A DNA stretch of 64,000 bases from Eledone cirrhosa (GCA_964016885.1 OZ024740.1:373860001-373924000); one strand, 5' to 3'. Shown: positions 12,803 to 28,465, counted from the first letter of the stretch. Notes: generated by a model from the letters alone, not told the origin. Numbers and translations: made by a program.

Positions 12803-13087
12803 CCTGTCTGGCCCTCTGGAGAATAGAGGAAATGTGTTTCCTTGAAAACTCGTATGACTCTAAAACCCGGTCCGCCTGTGTGGTTACATACAGACTAGCT
12901 GACACTCACTGTAAAGTGTCTAGTGAAAAGCTGAGTACATGTGTATATGTATACATGTGTGTATTTATATGCATACTAATACTTCCGTATACATATGTAG
13001 ATGTACACTTTAACTTAATTGTTTAAGCGTCAGTCATACAAAAGTGAGTTAGAAGCGAAACGAAATTTAATTTCGTTTCGTTATTTG

Positions 13088-13356
<269 letters not shown>

Positions 13357-13390
13357 GTGAGAACAACCACAGTCCTTCCATCTCAACTCA

Positions 13391-13428
13391 CCTATAGAAA
13401 AGCGGAAGAGCTGCGAAACCGGTAAAGG
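13391..13428 (+). ncRNA. Decayed hammerhead-like motif
   Basis: cct-ATAGAAAA-gcgg/aagag/ctgc-GAAA-ccgg-TA-aagg; core box badly decayed; sits in a short element between (TA)n runs. Confidence 0.35.
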
Positions 13429-13558
13429 AACCAAATAAATATGTATTTAAACAAATTAAATAAGACTCCAGTTGCAATTTCGATTTCATCTCTTTTTCTC
13501 TATACTTTCACTCGTGTATGACACGTCGGTTATTTTCAATTTGTAAAAATAACCTCAC

Positions 13559-13636
<78 letters not shown>

Positions 13637-13640
<4 letters not shown>

Positions 13641-14825
13641 ATTATAATAAATTTGAAGACTAAAATCCAAAGAGGGCTCGATAAGTATCAATATATGTAT
13701 CAAATATATAAGAACCGTAGAGCAAATATTTATTAAAATAACAGATTAAAGTTTAAGCAAAGAATCGCTGCTTTCACCCTTAACGGGATCTTCTGAAACT
13801 AACAAAGTAATCTGTAAACGCAGAAGTGGATATTTCAAAAAACGTTGCAACCGAAGGAAGACAGGAAACGATACTTTGGTTCATGGAAACGCACGCTATG
13901 CAAATAAGTAATGGTATAAACAAAACTCATACTTAGCTCCCACATCAAGACGTAAAATATCCCCGTATAGATCGTACTATCCGTTACGGCATAACTTGGG
14001 GCTGTAATACAGGAAAGTGTTGTGCAAATTATATTTACAAGCCGAAATTGCTTCAGATTTTTTGTTTAAGATGTGGTCAGTGTCGTAGAGTATTTCCAGG
14101 GCCTCAGCGGCGCAGAGGTCACGTGGTCTTTTATTTCCGTTATACGATCTAGCCCTGGCTAGGATCTCCCAGTGTAACTTATATTGTGTGTAGTTGTCTT
14201 TTAGACGCCAGATATAAGCTGAAAGTGACGTCATATTCCTTCTTAGGGGGTAACCAACAGAATGGGTATGCATATAAAGACGCTGCTTGAATCTATTGGC
14301 GGTTAACCATATGTAGGCCCTACGGGACGTGAGTGTTACAACCTTACATTTGTAGACAATGTTACTAGAGAGGCATTTCCCGGATAGGGGGCAATCATCC
14401 CGATTCCTACAATTACAGTTAGTACTAACTACAGGGTTGCACGTGTTCCTACGGCTAGGTAGTTTAGGTAAATTTGAAGCTGTGATGTTATGTGCAATGT
14501 TAGGAGTCGTAGAGTAAGACATTTTACATTCTAAAACTTTCTTGTATTACAGCCCCACGTTATACCCTTACGGATAGTACGATCTATACGGGGATATTTT
14601 ACGTCTTGATGTGGGAGCTAAGTATATGTTTTGTTTAACCATTACTTATTTGGATAGCGTACGTTTCCACGATCCAAAGTATCGTCTTCCTGTCTTCCTC
14701 CGGTTGTAACGTTTTTTGAAATATCCACTTCTGCGTTTACAGATTGACTTTGTTAGTTTCAGAAGATCCCGTTAAAGGTGAAAGCAGCGATTCTTTGCTT
14801 AAACTTTAATATGTTATTTTAATAA

Positions 14826-14830
<5 letters not shown>
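13637..14830 (-). mobile_element. 5'-truncated PLE with inverted terminal copy (family A)
   Basis: Arms ~13728-14022 / 14533-14828 inverted; GIY-YIG fragment between; (TA)n both sides. Confidence 0.88.
13977..14522 (-). pseudogene. PLE GIY-YIG endonuclease fragment
   Basis: SYSTTPNI...CNCRNRDDCPLSGKCLSSNIVYKCKV...YIWLTANRFKQRL...TSLSAYIWRLK...LNKKSE. Confidence 0.9.
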
Positions 14831-14860
<30 letters not shown>

Positions 14861-14872
14861 ATTTTTTTTTTG

Positions 14873-15629
14873 ATCTGGTGATTCTATAGACATGTTTTAT
14901 GATATATAGTTCTGATTATTTAATTTATTAACTTTTCATTGAGCCACAAAGTGACCCGTTGCAAAACACGTATGTATATATGTATATATATATATGTAAA
15001 CCTTTATATGTAATAATCTCCGTTTGGTTCAGATACAAATTGGGCTGTATTGTGCTGTGCTTTCTAGCAAAAAGCCACCAGCCGTAAGCAAATAACCACC
15101 CTCCTTCCAACCTGACCGCTGCTACGTCACGATTCTTAGCCATTTTTTTAATGTACTCTTGGCGCGATCACTTTGGAAAATGTATTGTCTAAATTTGAGC
15201 AAACTCCTGAAGAGTCCGGTGCTCGAGTTTCCGAAGTTATTGGAAATATCAACATGTAGACGAAACCATGCTTGAGGTAAATAAATATATTCTCTTTTCT
15301 CCTCGTTTATTTTACACCTAATTATGTTTAATTGACTGTATATCTGGGCGATTACGCTGTCGAAATATTCGATAAATATTCTGTCGCAGCCGACGCGAAG
15401 GGCTAGTTTCGGTTATTTGTTGGAGATTTCTTCATAGATTTCTTCATAGAAGCCTTATTCTTATAGCCTGGTCTATTCAATTTTGTATATGGTTAATTAT
15501 GCTAATTGGGTGAGGAAATGGTATATATTTTATCTGGTGATTCTATAGACATGTTTTATGATCTATAGCTCTGATTATTTAATTTATTAACTTTTCATTG
15601 AGCCACAAAGTGACCCGTTGCAAAACACG

Positions 15630-15630
<1 letters not shown>
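14873..15630 (+). mobile_element. HHR-bearing non-coding monomer with ~100-bp terminal direct repeats (period 659)
   Basis: atctggtgattctatagacatg...gttgcaaaacacg at 14873-14970 and 15532-15629; HHR-like motif at 15204-15276; TA-rich runs at both ends. Confidence 0.65.
15204..15276 (+). ncRNA. Hammerhead-like motif with long stem II
   Basis: ctc-CTGAAGA-gtc...(tttccgaagttattggaaa)...gac-GAAA-ccatgc-TT-gag; stem III has one mismatch. Confidence 0.5.
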
Positions 15631-15692
<62 letters not shown>

Positions 15693-15726
15693 CACAATTG
15701 TCAAAGTTATGTTCAAATCATTTTAT

Positions 15727-15773
15727 TGCTGACAATCGTATCTTCCAAACTTTCGTTTGGATTCATCGGAGCA
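15727..15773 (-). ncRNA. Decayed hammerhead (left arm)
   Basis: Minus: tgct-CCGATGA-a-tccaaac/gaaa/gtttgga-a-GATA-cgattg-TC-agca. Confidence 0.55.
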
Positions 15774-16039
15774 TTAGCAATGTGTGTCCATATAATGTAC
15801 ATCCTATTAAACTGAACAATCATATAGATACATATGTATTAATGTTGTGAACAACAGTTTCGTATTTATAGGGTGGAATGGATGCGACATATATTATACG
15901 AGAATTGTATAATAATTCAAATTAAAATTAAAAGTATAGGGTGGAAACATGCAACAGTAATACAAGCGAATAGTCTAATAATTAAAGAGGCATTGAGGAA
16001 GTATGAGGAAACTAGCATTACATATGCAAACGTTAGTCA

Positions 16040-16311
16040 TATATATGAATCGCAATCTAGCCAACACCACCTCTTTATCTAGCTACATACACTCTCTGAA
16101 AACTAGGAATAAACCATATACACTTCAATGGGAAGTAGTAGGTAGAGCCGCATCGTATAAACCACAGAATAAATTGTGTAACCTTTGTCTTCTATAGACC
16201 CGTACTATAATCTTTTCGAAACTAGACCTCCTAAATAGAAAATCAGAGGTGTTATCCTCATGCCAGCATTTCTACCGACACTCATTCCATAAATTTAATC
16301 CTAGCTGCTAG
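16040..16311 (+). pseudogene. PLE GIY-YIG C-terminal fragment
   Basis: NTTSLSSYIHSLK...YTLQWEVVGRAASY...CNLCLL*TRTIIFSKLDLLNRKSEVLSSCQH. Confidence 0.88.
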
Positions 16312-17608
16312 TATATAACAATGTCAGATTTGAATTCCTCCCCACCATTTAACTTCCCCTCTAAGAATTATCAGCCCCCACAGCATTACAATGTTTGATC
16401 AGCTCTTTCCGCTACATAACTCCTATTTATCTCAAAACCTATACTCTACAATAACTATTATAAATAAACATAAAGTCACCGCCTTTTAATATAACTACTA
16501 TAGCTTACTTATATTATATAAGGTTGTGGATATATAATATGTAGATACATTTATTGTAATATGTGATAATAAATTATATATACATTTATAATTAAATATA
16601 TAAATTAATAGTATTGTATATAACGGATTAAATTTCAACATAATATAATGTATATTAATAACAGAAGAGATTTAACTAATTGGACCTGTAATCAATTATA
16701 GATTTTTCCATAACTTATATCTTGCTAGTAATGGATAGATAACAATGTAATGAGACCTTTTATGTATTATAGGAAAATAGACTGTATTTAAAATTATATA
16801 TAAATAAATAACCCTATATAGAAGGGATTCACTTGTAACACAATATAATGTATATTAGAGCAAAGAAATTAAATAATTGATACTTTCCTATATAATTTAA
16901 TTTAATTTAATTGAATTAGATAGTTACCTCCCCATACACATTATATCCCCTTAATGTTGGATCGCATACTCACTTCCGGAAATTATACCGTTAGACAAAC
17001 GCGTTGTAGAACAACACTAATCCATGGATACAATAAAACCATTTTACAATCCATTGCTATAACTAACTAAAAACATTCAATATAAACATTAACTAAAATA
17101 TAATTTAACATATGTAATGGAAAAGCTAACAATAACAGTGATGCACTCAACACATACACATTTGATCACTACAGATACAATCATCACACTACATCCACCA
17201 TCATTTTAATACACTAAAACCTTTGATTAAGATGCTTGTATATCTGTGTTATTTTATGTGATACCTTTGCCATACAGTATTTATTTATGCCTAATACATT
17301 TGTTTGTTTCCTTAATATATATGACTAACGCATGTGCACTCTCTACACGCTTGCATATGCACTGCTAGTTTCCTCATTCTTCCTCAATGCCTCTTTAATT
17401 ATTAGACTATTCCCTTGTATTATCTGTTACATATATTCCACTCTGTGCTTTTAATTTTAATGTGAATTATTTTTCAATTCTCGTGTAATATATATCGCAT
17501 CCATTCCATCCTGTAAATACGAAACTGTTGTTCACAACATCAATATATATGTATTTATATGATTGTTCAGTTGAATAGGAGGTAAATTATAGGTACAAAC
17601 TTTGCTAA

Positions 17609-17655
17609 TGCTCCGATGATTCAAAACGAAAGTTTAGAAGAAATGTTTGTCAGCA
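17609..17655 (+). ncRNA. Decayed hammerhead (right arm)
   Basis: tgct-CCGATGA-ttcaaaac/gaaa/gtttagaa-GAAA-tgtttg-TC-agca. Confidence 0.55.
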
Positions 17656-17827
17656 ATAAAATGATTTGACACATAACTTTGATAATTGTGTAATTTATAT
17701 TCCTGCTCTATAAAATACCTGATGTTCTTACATTGAGCTATTTCTCTTATTGAAAATAAGGTAGTAATAAATTACTGACGTTTCCTGTTTATAGTTGTTT
17801 ATAGCATATACATAACTATGAATAGTA

Positions 17828-18270
<443 letters not shown>

Positions 18271-18942
18271 ATAGGACATCTATGCGTGTGTGTGTGTCTG
18301 TATGTTGAGTTATTCATAAGAAACTAGCCTTGTTTAAACGATGATTTTTCAATAATTTTCAACAAGCTAAAAAGAAATTACACGATGTTTTTGTCTCAAT
18401 GAAAGTCTGTCATATTTCGATTCAGGAAGTAACATATTTACGACTTCATTATTTACTTGCCGGTATCTGTTGATATATAACCTATTCATTCTCAATATAC
18501 ATTTTTCTCTATTTTCGCCCTATACATATATTTTTTTTTTTAATGATTTGCATTAACTCTCTCCATATAATCACCCGTTTTCTATTTCATAACCCCTATA
18601 TAATGCTATGTTTTCCATTCGTCAGATTGTATATTTATTTGAGTGTCTGTATATGAATGTGAAGCAACTTTAATTTTAAAGCTGCTACGTAAAAATCCCA
18701 TTATCGTTAAGATTTGTAAGAGAAATACATCTATGAGTTTCACAAACGTAATGCAATAAAAAAGGAAGAACAAAATTGCGAAAAGAAAAACATGTTAAAT
18801 TACACACTCTATATATGTTATATGATTAATATGAACATATTAAAGGATATCAGTTTTTGCCACGGGAATGCTTGCTTTATATCTTGTTGGCATATATGTA
18901 AAGAGACTGTACTTATAGTAAGTCGAAAGCTATTTTAATCAA

Positions 18943-20388
<1,446 letters not shown>

Positions 20389-20427
20389 ATATTAATAAAT
20401 AGAAACTATATTTATAAAACCATATTT

Positions 20428-20491
20428 ATTTTATTATATATATTTCAAAGGCAACCAAGGCAAATTATGGTGCGCTTTCATCAGATAAAAT
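20428..20491 (-). ncRNA. Type I hammerhead ribozyme in PLE 3' pLTR, intact core
   Basis: Minus: attttat-CTGATGA-aag...ctt-t-GAAA-tatata-TA-ataaaat. Confidence 0.75.
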
Positions 20492-21494
20492 ACAGATTTG
20501 TTTTATAAATAAATATTGACTTACCCGGAAAAGAAAAGAAAAATTACAACCTTAACTGTTTGAGCTTCCAGGATAGTGGAGATAATATTTTATTGAGGGT
20601 AATACAAAGTTATTAGTGAGTATGCAAATGAATGTCTGAAAAGTTAAAAAGATAACGGTTTATTTAAATTAAACTGTTGGAAGTAGATGATATGTAAGGG
20701 AGAGCGAAAAAAGAAATGGATGGAGAAAGAGAGAAGAGGAAAGAAAGTATGATTAAAGATAGTGATAGTGAAGAAAGTCAGAGTGAATGAAGAAAATAAG
20801 TTTTAATGCAAAAATATACATAGCGTAAATATATCTTTAGTGAAAGAAGAAATTAAAGAAGAAATAATATTAACGTGGAAGTATAATATTTATAATGTAG
20901 GGCTCATTATGTTGCGATTATTATATTTATAATGATAGGTTGAAAAATTAGATTAAAAATTGAAAATTAGATATTAAAATTCAAAATTAAAGATTAAAAA
21001 TTGCCTTAATATTAAAGATTTAATTTAATATTAATATTAAAAATTAAAAATTAAAAATTAAAATTAAAATTAAAATAGAAGTATTTATATTATATTAAGA
21101 TGTATTAGTAATAATATATTAGTTTAGATGTGTATGTTATGGATTATAAATTATTTAAATAAATATATAGTATTTTACATTAGAGAAAATCTAGTATAGT
21201 TTATTTAATTAAAGTAAGTTTGGCAAAATTATATTTATTAATAGTTGTAAATCAAAACTTAATCATCCAAATAATTCTGAATTTATGAAAATCTACGAGA
21301 GTTTGCAACGGAATAACTACTTTATTATATTATAAAAACAGTAAGGAAGTATAAAGGAAGTTAGAAGGGATTTTTTTAAGAACTCAAATGACTCCATGGA
21401 TACATAAAAACCCTTTTAAAAAAATTGTTTTTTTATTTAAAATATTAAAAGAATGTTGTATGAGAAGTCAGAAATGTTATAGAGTTTAAAAATG

Positions 21495-21770
21495 TTATCT
21501 TAAGAATATAATTAAAACATAAACCATATGTTTACTTTATAAGAATCATACATTTATCTTAAAATATAATTAAAACATAAACCATATGTTTACTTTATAA
21601 GAATCATACATTTATCTTAAAATATAATTAAAACATAAACCATAGTTTATTTTATAAGAAGTCATACTTGTTATAAAGTTAAAGAAATTTATCTTAAGAA
21701 TATAGTTAAAACATAAACCATAGGTTATTCCACATATATATAAAAATCATATGTTATTCCACATATATAT
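21495..21770. repeat. ~58-bp AT-rich tandem repeat in PLE 3' UTR
   Basis: Repeated tataattaaaacataaaccatatgtttactttataagaatcatac. Confidence 0.85.
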
Positions 21771-22039
21771 AAATATTTGGATACATATATAAATAATTTT
21801 CTAAATCCTTCAGAACGTTTTTCAAGGAAAATTGTCCTTAACAGATTTCAAGTAGTCATATAATAAAAGGTTATAATCTATTGATAAGTGTAATAATATA
21901 AAATATATTTATGAGGTAGAGATAATAGAAAGTAAATTAAATATATATGAATCATATATAGATATAATCTGAATGATGAGGTTGTAGGTGGTTGGATATA
22001 GAAAACATTATGTAAAGGAGATTAACCATATATTACATT

Positions 22040-24040
22040 TTATATATATATATTTAAAAGTTGAGTTTAAACGATGTTTACAAGAACTAAATAAATTATT
22101 TCGCAAATTAATAGAGTTCTTACTTTTTAGTATAAAAAATATTTCTTCAACGCAAAGGGAGCAACTTTTGGATAGAGCCGTGTATGAAAGAGCTTTGGAG
22201 ATAATTTCCCAAGATAAAGAATAGTTAATATTCTTGGATTTTAAGTTCCATAATAAGTTGGATAGAGAAGTTGAAGATTTTATTTAGCAATATTCGTAAA
22301 GGAACATTTATGCTTATTGAAAGGAGATTTGAAGTCTGTGGAAGTAGAGCCGACATAGTTAAAGGAATTTTCATTGGTTTTGACATTACAATTGTATACT
22401 ATATTTTTAACTAAACAGTTATTAATTAGATGACAGTTAGATTTATTTCTACAAATACATTTATCTGAATTTATATTATTGGGAGCCGTAACATAATACT
22501 GGGTATTGCTAGAGGTATTAATGCTATTCTGGTTAGGTTTTAAGATTCTATTATTAATTCTATTAATATTCTGCGCTAAATTCATAGGGGTGGAATATGA
22601 GAGTTTAATAGTATGTATGTTAAAGATTGAGTAATATCTGTGTGTCTGAGGAAAGCACTTATCTAGAGCTTTAACAAATAATTTAGCTATGGAGTTTTAA
22701 TACTTAATGAGAAAGGAGGAGCGAACCATAATGTATTTCTAGTTCTACTTCTTCTTTTGATTTTCGAGTTAGTACAAGGTTTCCTATTATAATTATATTT
22801 ATAGTTATGGTTAATTGGCACATCCTTATTATCAATGTATTTAATTCTATTACTATAGCCTGCTCTACTTAACGCTTCGTTATAATATTGCGCCTTATCT
22901 TCAAATATATTTTTATTCGCTGAAATTATAGAAATACGTTGCTGCACATAATTTATAATAGTGTTTTTAACGGATCTGGGGTGATTGGTATTACAGTTAA
23001 CATAGTTTAAATTCTCATTGATTTTATGAAATGGATAATAAAGACCAGTATTAAGGTTTAAAGTTACATCTAAAAATTAACTATTTTATCATTATTCTCT
23101 ACTTCTACTTTAAGATTAACGCTATTAAAAAATTGAATAATTTCTTTTGTTTTCGTATGTATTTCACAATTATTTTTATTTTCAATAAGAAATAGCATAT
23201 CGTCACGATATAAACCACCAGTCATCTCTGGTATTTTCCTATGTAAACTATTGTTAATAAAAAGCCCCACAAGATCCGTTAATTGCGTCGAGTCCGATGA
23301 CCCCATAGTGATATCGAAATCCCTAACTGCTCTAGCTCAAAGGTGGTTGCTAAATTTCATTAATGTTTTACGTGCAGTTAAGATAATGTGCATTTCATTG
23401 CTAGTTAAATCAGTATATTTAAATGCATATGTAAGGGCTTTATTAAATAAATTAGGAGTGATAGATGAATAATAATTAGCAATATCTAATTGAATGAATT
23501 TATTGTTATGTTTATATTTCATTCCTTAAACTAACTTCATTAGTCCCTTTCCATAATTTTAAATAAGATATTTCCTTAGTTGTGGTATGATTCTATATAA
23601 AATATTTTTGCTAATTATGCCAAGGTTCGATTTAGATGGTGCAATCAGTCTTACTGGTAATTCAATTTCAAAATTTATTTTATGGTCCTTCAAATTAATT
23701 TTTGGTTTCCTAGGTATGAAGGGTTGAGTCCTATTTTAGATGCCTAATTCCTGCATTATATAAGAAGCTTCAGTATTTAGTCTTTCAAGGTAATCATTGG
23801 TTGCTCTTTTCTAATTTTTCATTAATTCCTTCAATAGAAGGTTATTATAATTATCCTTTTGCATTCCGTAAAGATTGTTGGTTTTATCTGATTTAACAAT
23901 AATTTTTTCCGTTTTTTCAAAGTTTTCTATATTATTTTTGAGACATTTGAGGTAATCCTGGCCTACAAAATGTTTTTTCTTATATTTAATGTTTTGTATG
24001 ATAGAAATAATCTCATTTTCAAATTCCATTAATAGGTATA
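22040..24040 (-). pseudogene. PLE reverse transcriptase + GIY-YIG ORF, frameshifted (probably Nematis-type)
   Basis: VKSDKTNNLY; FIQLDIANYYSSI; MGSSDSTQLTDLVG...GLYRDDML; WFAPPFS; CICRNKSNCHL...NIVY...YVGSTSTDFK; CSLCVEE. Confidence 0.93.
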
Positions 24041-24080
24041 TTTCCGGATATGTCAATATTTATTTATAAAACAAATCTGT

Positions 24081-24144
24081 ATTTTATCTAATGAAAGTGC
24101 ACCATCATTTGCATTGGTTGCCCTTGAAATATATATAATAAAAT
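24081..24144 (+). ncRNA. Hammerhead in inverted 5' copy (core CTAATGA, mutated)
   Basis: attttat-CTAATGA-aag...ctt-GAAA-tatata-TA-ataaaat. Confidence 0.6.
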
Positions 24145-24276
24145 AAATATGGTTTTATAAATATAGTTTCCATTTATTAATATATTGTGTATTTACTCCA
24201 CTTTATTGTTGAGTGCTTTATATCAGTTATAAAAATGTTTAAGCTTGTTGAAACCCAACAAATTAAATATAACCTC

Positions 24277-24357
<81 letters not shown>

Positions 24358-25269
24358 GTGTGGATATATAAATATATATTAATGCAATTTCAATATTTCA
24401 TAATAAGGTTTTCCTCAACTTTCGTTTAAGTTTACATTTAAATATAAACTGATTTTATCCGAAAACTATATAGAGACTGCACATCAGAATTACTCATGTC
24501 ATTAAAAGGTGATGTATTACTTTCATTCAATTCCAAAATTACAGATTGTAAACATCAGATCAGATAGCAGGTATGGTCCCTAAATATAACCTGTATTTGA
24601 GGTTAGGAGGTATGAACCAAATTGAATTATTGAAAGGAATTAGAAATATTTGTAACATTTCAACGTATATGGATTCCTCTGAATCCATACGCAACAATGT
24701 CACTTTGACCTTTTGAAATAATATACCTTTCAATTCACAATTGATATATTGGAAAGAATGGGGCAAATCATATATGTCGAATACACAGATTAGGTAAGTT
24801 TGTCAATGTAGCTCCTTACAATACGGTATACGCTGAAGCAATCTAACCAGAGAAACAACAGTCCCATCATTTCAGAGCGCAGGAATTATAATAGCACGAA
24901 ATATTTCTATTGAGTTCGATAGCTGATTAGACATATTTGTTGAAATATAATGTAACTATTGCAGTTTGACAGTGACCCAGCATTTATATTAGAGAAATTG
25001 CAAGTGTATTAGAATTAATTAAACCACTAATCCAGAAGATAAGGATCTCTACGAAAATTATATATTTAAAAATGAACATTTTCTCGTTGTGGAATTAATT
25101 CAAAGTATCATATAGTAAATGAGCTTCTCGTCTGATGAGTGATGTTAAGGAGGCCTGTGAATAATTTACGCTTAATTACACAAATCCTTTCGAATATATT
25201 TATTTAGTTTTATACCAATAATTTACTATTCACATCCATTTAAAAATTATGATTTAACAATATATATTA

Positions 25270-25841
25270 CTAGCAGTGGTACCCAGCGTTGCACGGAATA
25301 AGGTATTTTGTAACGCGGGCCGCCAACAGACCTAATCGTGGAAAAAGTGCATTCCTGGACAATATGTAAAGAAAATAAACCGAATATTTTGATGGCTAGA
25401 TAATCTTGAATGAAGCAGGAAAAATGCAGGTTTTCACCTTATGCGGGCCCTAGGGGATCAACAAATTTTTTTTTTTTATGTTCATAATATGCCTTGAAAT
25501 TTCAGGAAATCAGCTAGACGTAACGCCTCAAAAAAGCCCTAAAAAGATGAAACAATTAAGTTATTCACCTAATGCGGGCCCTAAGCCATACACAAGTTGG
25601 ATTTTCTTTGCATACAGTATGAAGAAGAGACTGACCAATGCATAGTTAGAATTTCAAGGAAATCCGTCTCACGTAACGGTTCAAAAGCCCCCCAAAAAGC
25701 TGAAAAAGCGCAGTTTTTCACCTAATGCGGGCCCTAGGAGATCAAAAAGTTGAATTTGTTTATGTGCATAACACATGTAAAGTTTGAAAATTGTCGGTTG
25801 GGTACTTCTCGAGTTTTAGGGATTCAAACTCACAGACACAG

Positions 25842-25872
<31 letters not shown>

Positions 25873-26143
25873 TACATCCTCAGGGTAGTGACGTAATGCA
25901 GACAGTCAGATATATATATGTATCTATCTAAAAAGAGAAAGACTAAGAATTATAGAGAGAGATCGCTAAATCGCCTAATGCGATCCCTAGAGCATTGATA
26001 ATTTTAAATTATTTTGCTCATAACACTTCCTGAAGTACAAGTATTACATGTGTAAAGTTTGGAAACAGTCGGTTGGGTACTTCTCTAGTTTTAGGGATTC
26101 ACACTCACACACACACAGACATCCTCAGTTTTATATATATAGA
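25270..26143 (-). mobile_element. Non-autonomous Helitron
   Basis: Minus: 5' TCTATATATATAAAA; 3' GC-rich subterminal ccgtgcaacgctggg then CTAG; inserted between A and T; internal ~130-150-bp repeats (cacctaatgcgggccct) and CA microsatellite. Confidence 0.8.
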
Positions 26144-28021
26144 TTATGACACACCCATGATATAGTTTGCCTTTATCCTCACACTAATGAAGGATATGTT
26201 ATGTATATATATATAACTGCTGGACGTCGTTTTGCACTACCCAATAAGAATAAGGGCATCTCAATTGTGATTGGATCACCGTGAAATTAAACAGATGCAT
26301 CGAACGATAATGACTGTATTCTGCAGCAGGCTTTCATCATGTTGTGCATGAATCGTATGTGCAAAATATTGCCCTGCATCAACTTTGTCTTCTCCTCGTT
26401 AATATATTTTGTGTTTCATTCGTCGTATATATTAATTTAACATTCCGAGTTATTTTTCATTATGTTGTTGTTTTATTGTAAATGAATTTGGTTTAATACG
26501 CATACACCTCCATCATATATATATATACATTTTGATGTTTTCCGCTTCCTAAAACTATATTGGTATTGTTAGTAGCATCAATTGAAAGACGAATGTGTAA
26601 CGTGAAATTATTACATCATCATTGGCCGTTATTTGACCGAACCACAGAATGTTTAAACATTAATGCCGTAACTATTCCTAAGTAGATGAAAGAGTTAATA
26701 AACTGAATCCGGAAGTAGAAGTTATATAGTGTTAATGATTATCACTGCATATGCACACAAAACGCATGAACAATGATATAACGTACAAGTGACATTACCA
26801 TACATCAGAGAACGATTCTTTCGATTACCATTCACACATACATCGAATTCTGAATAGAAATTAGCCTAAATATATCAGCGAAAATATCAGCAATATTATA
26901 TATTATTCTCTCATATATAAGAATATATTAAGTGATGACGGATTTTATTATCTCCGTGTGAGTATCGAATCATATAGAATAAATGTCTATTAGTTCGCAG
27001 ATGTTCTCGAATAATATAGATGATTGATGAAAAACTGGTTTTCAGTAAATTACAGATACAGAGGTGAAATGGAATTTAAGATTGTGGTAACATGTCGCTG
27101 ATTGTTATCCAAGATATACTAAACGTGTATGAATCGAAATATTATCTATTATTCACCACTCATCTTGAATACATTTCTTATATCGCCACATATATAATGA
27201 GACAGCAGTACTAGTGTAAAGGTTTTAATTAAGACGTTGTAGATTCTTCATTAAATAAATATTCTTAAGAGGCCGGAACTTAGAACGCTATGTTATATAT
27301 ATTAATAGTTATGTATTTAAAACTAAATTCCTAAATAATGCGGGAAACTAAAAAGGTTTGAATAAGTACATGACCACATAAAATGTTTCTGAAAACTATC
27401 AGACTCAATTAATGTTACAGCCACGGGCATTTTATTGTTTGATGAAATAGTGGTCAATCCGAATATTTCTTTTTATAATTATGTATACCCTCCCCACTCT
27501 CTATGAAAATAGCACTAGATATGACTCGGTTTTGAAACTTCATACACATTCAGGTTCCACATTACTAAATCTTGTTTTAGAGCTACCAATATATTAAGCT
27601 TTCACATACATCATGATCCAATAAAAGTAATAACTTCACAAATACATAATTATTTACATTACATGTGTAAATGGAAGTTCAAATTTACACCTCTAATTTT
27701 AATTCATTCGCCCTGTTCACAAAATCACGGGATGGCTCGATGATACAATATATATATATGTCTCCGTATGTGTTCGTGGCGTCTCTGTATTCCACTTTCT
27801 AATATGTTACCTCTTGTTATAAACAATTCATTTTAGAAACCATCATCAATTCAAGAAACATAGATCTCATCTGAGGGTATTGCTTTTGTGTGACGGTTGC
27901 TATTTTATTCTATTTGGAGACGTTTCCTTATCTAAATTATATAAACGTTTTTTCAAGTGAGATATTTGCCAAAGTGTTGATTTTTTAAATATAAATGCAT
28001 ATGTTGCAACACGCAATATAA

Positions 28022-28465
28022 TTTATGTGTTCTTGACCTGCTTTCAATATGTGCAGTTACCCTTGAAACTTTTATGTTTAATTTTGCTAAATTGCTAATT
28101 TTCTAAATCCTTTTTACTAATTCGTGCTGATCCTTAAACGCCCAGCGTTTCTCAATAACCATAAATACATTGCCTCGCAATCGGTTTTAAAATGTAAATG
28201 TATGATATCTTGGAAATATAGACGGTAACTGAACATATAGTCAAACTATCTCAAATTAACTGCTTATTAATTTTTCCAAGATATACATTTACATTTTAAA
28301 ACCGATCGCGAGGCAATGTATTTATGGTTATTGAGAAACGCAGGGCGTTTAAGGATCAGCACGAAATAGTAAAAAAGGATTTAGAAAATTAGCAACTTAG
28401 CAAAATTAAACATACAAGTTTGAAGGGTAACTGCACATATTGAAAGCAGGTCAAAAACACATAAA
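28022..28465. mobile_element. Fold-back element, ~195-bp inverted arms (28022-28216 / 28273-28465)
   Basis: Arms are reverse complements; PLE-derived or MITE origin undetermined. Confidence 0.75.

Larger units (their letters stand above)
15689..17694 (+). mobile_element. 5'-truncated PLE with ~345-bp inverted terminal repeats
   Basis: Arms 15689-16033 / 17347-17694 inverted; GIY-YIG C-terminus 16040-16311; HHR in both arms. Confidence 0.88.

Noticed and set aside
10821-13026. Repeated 64-72 aa ORFs in the tandem array
   Set aside because: No recognisable domain; present on both strands; disrupted in copy 4; the conserved feature is the RNA motif
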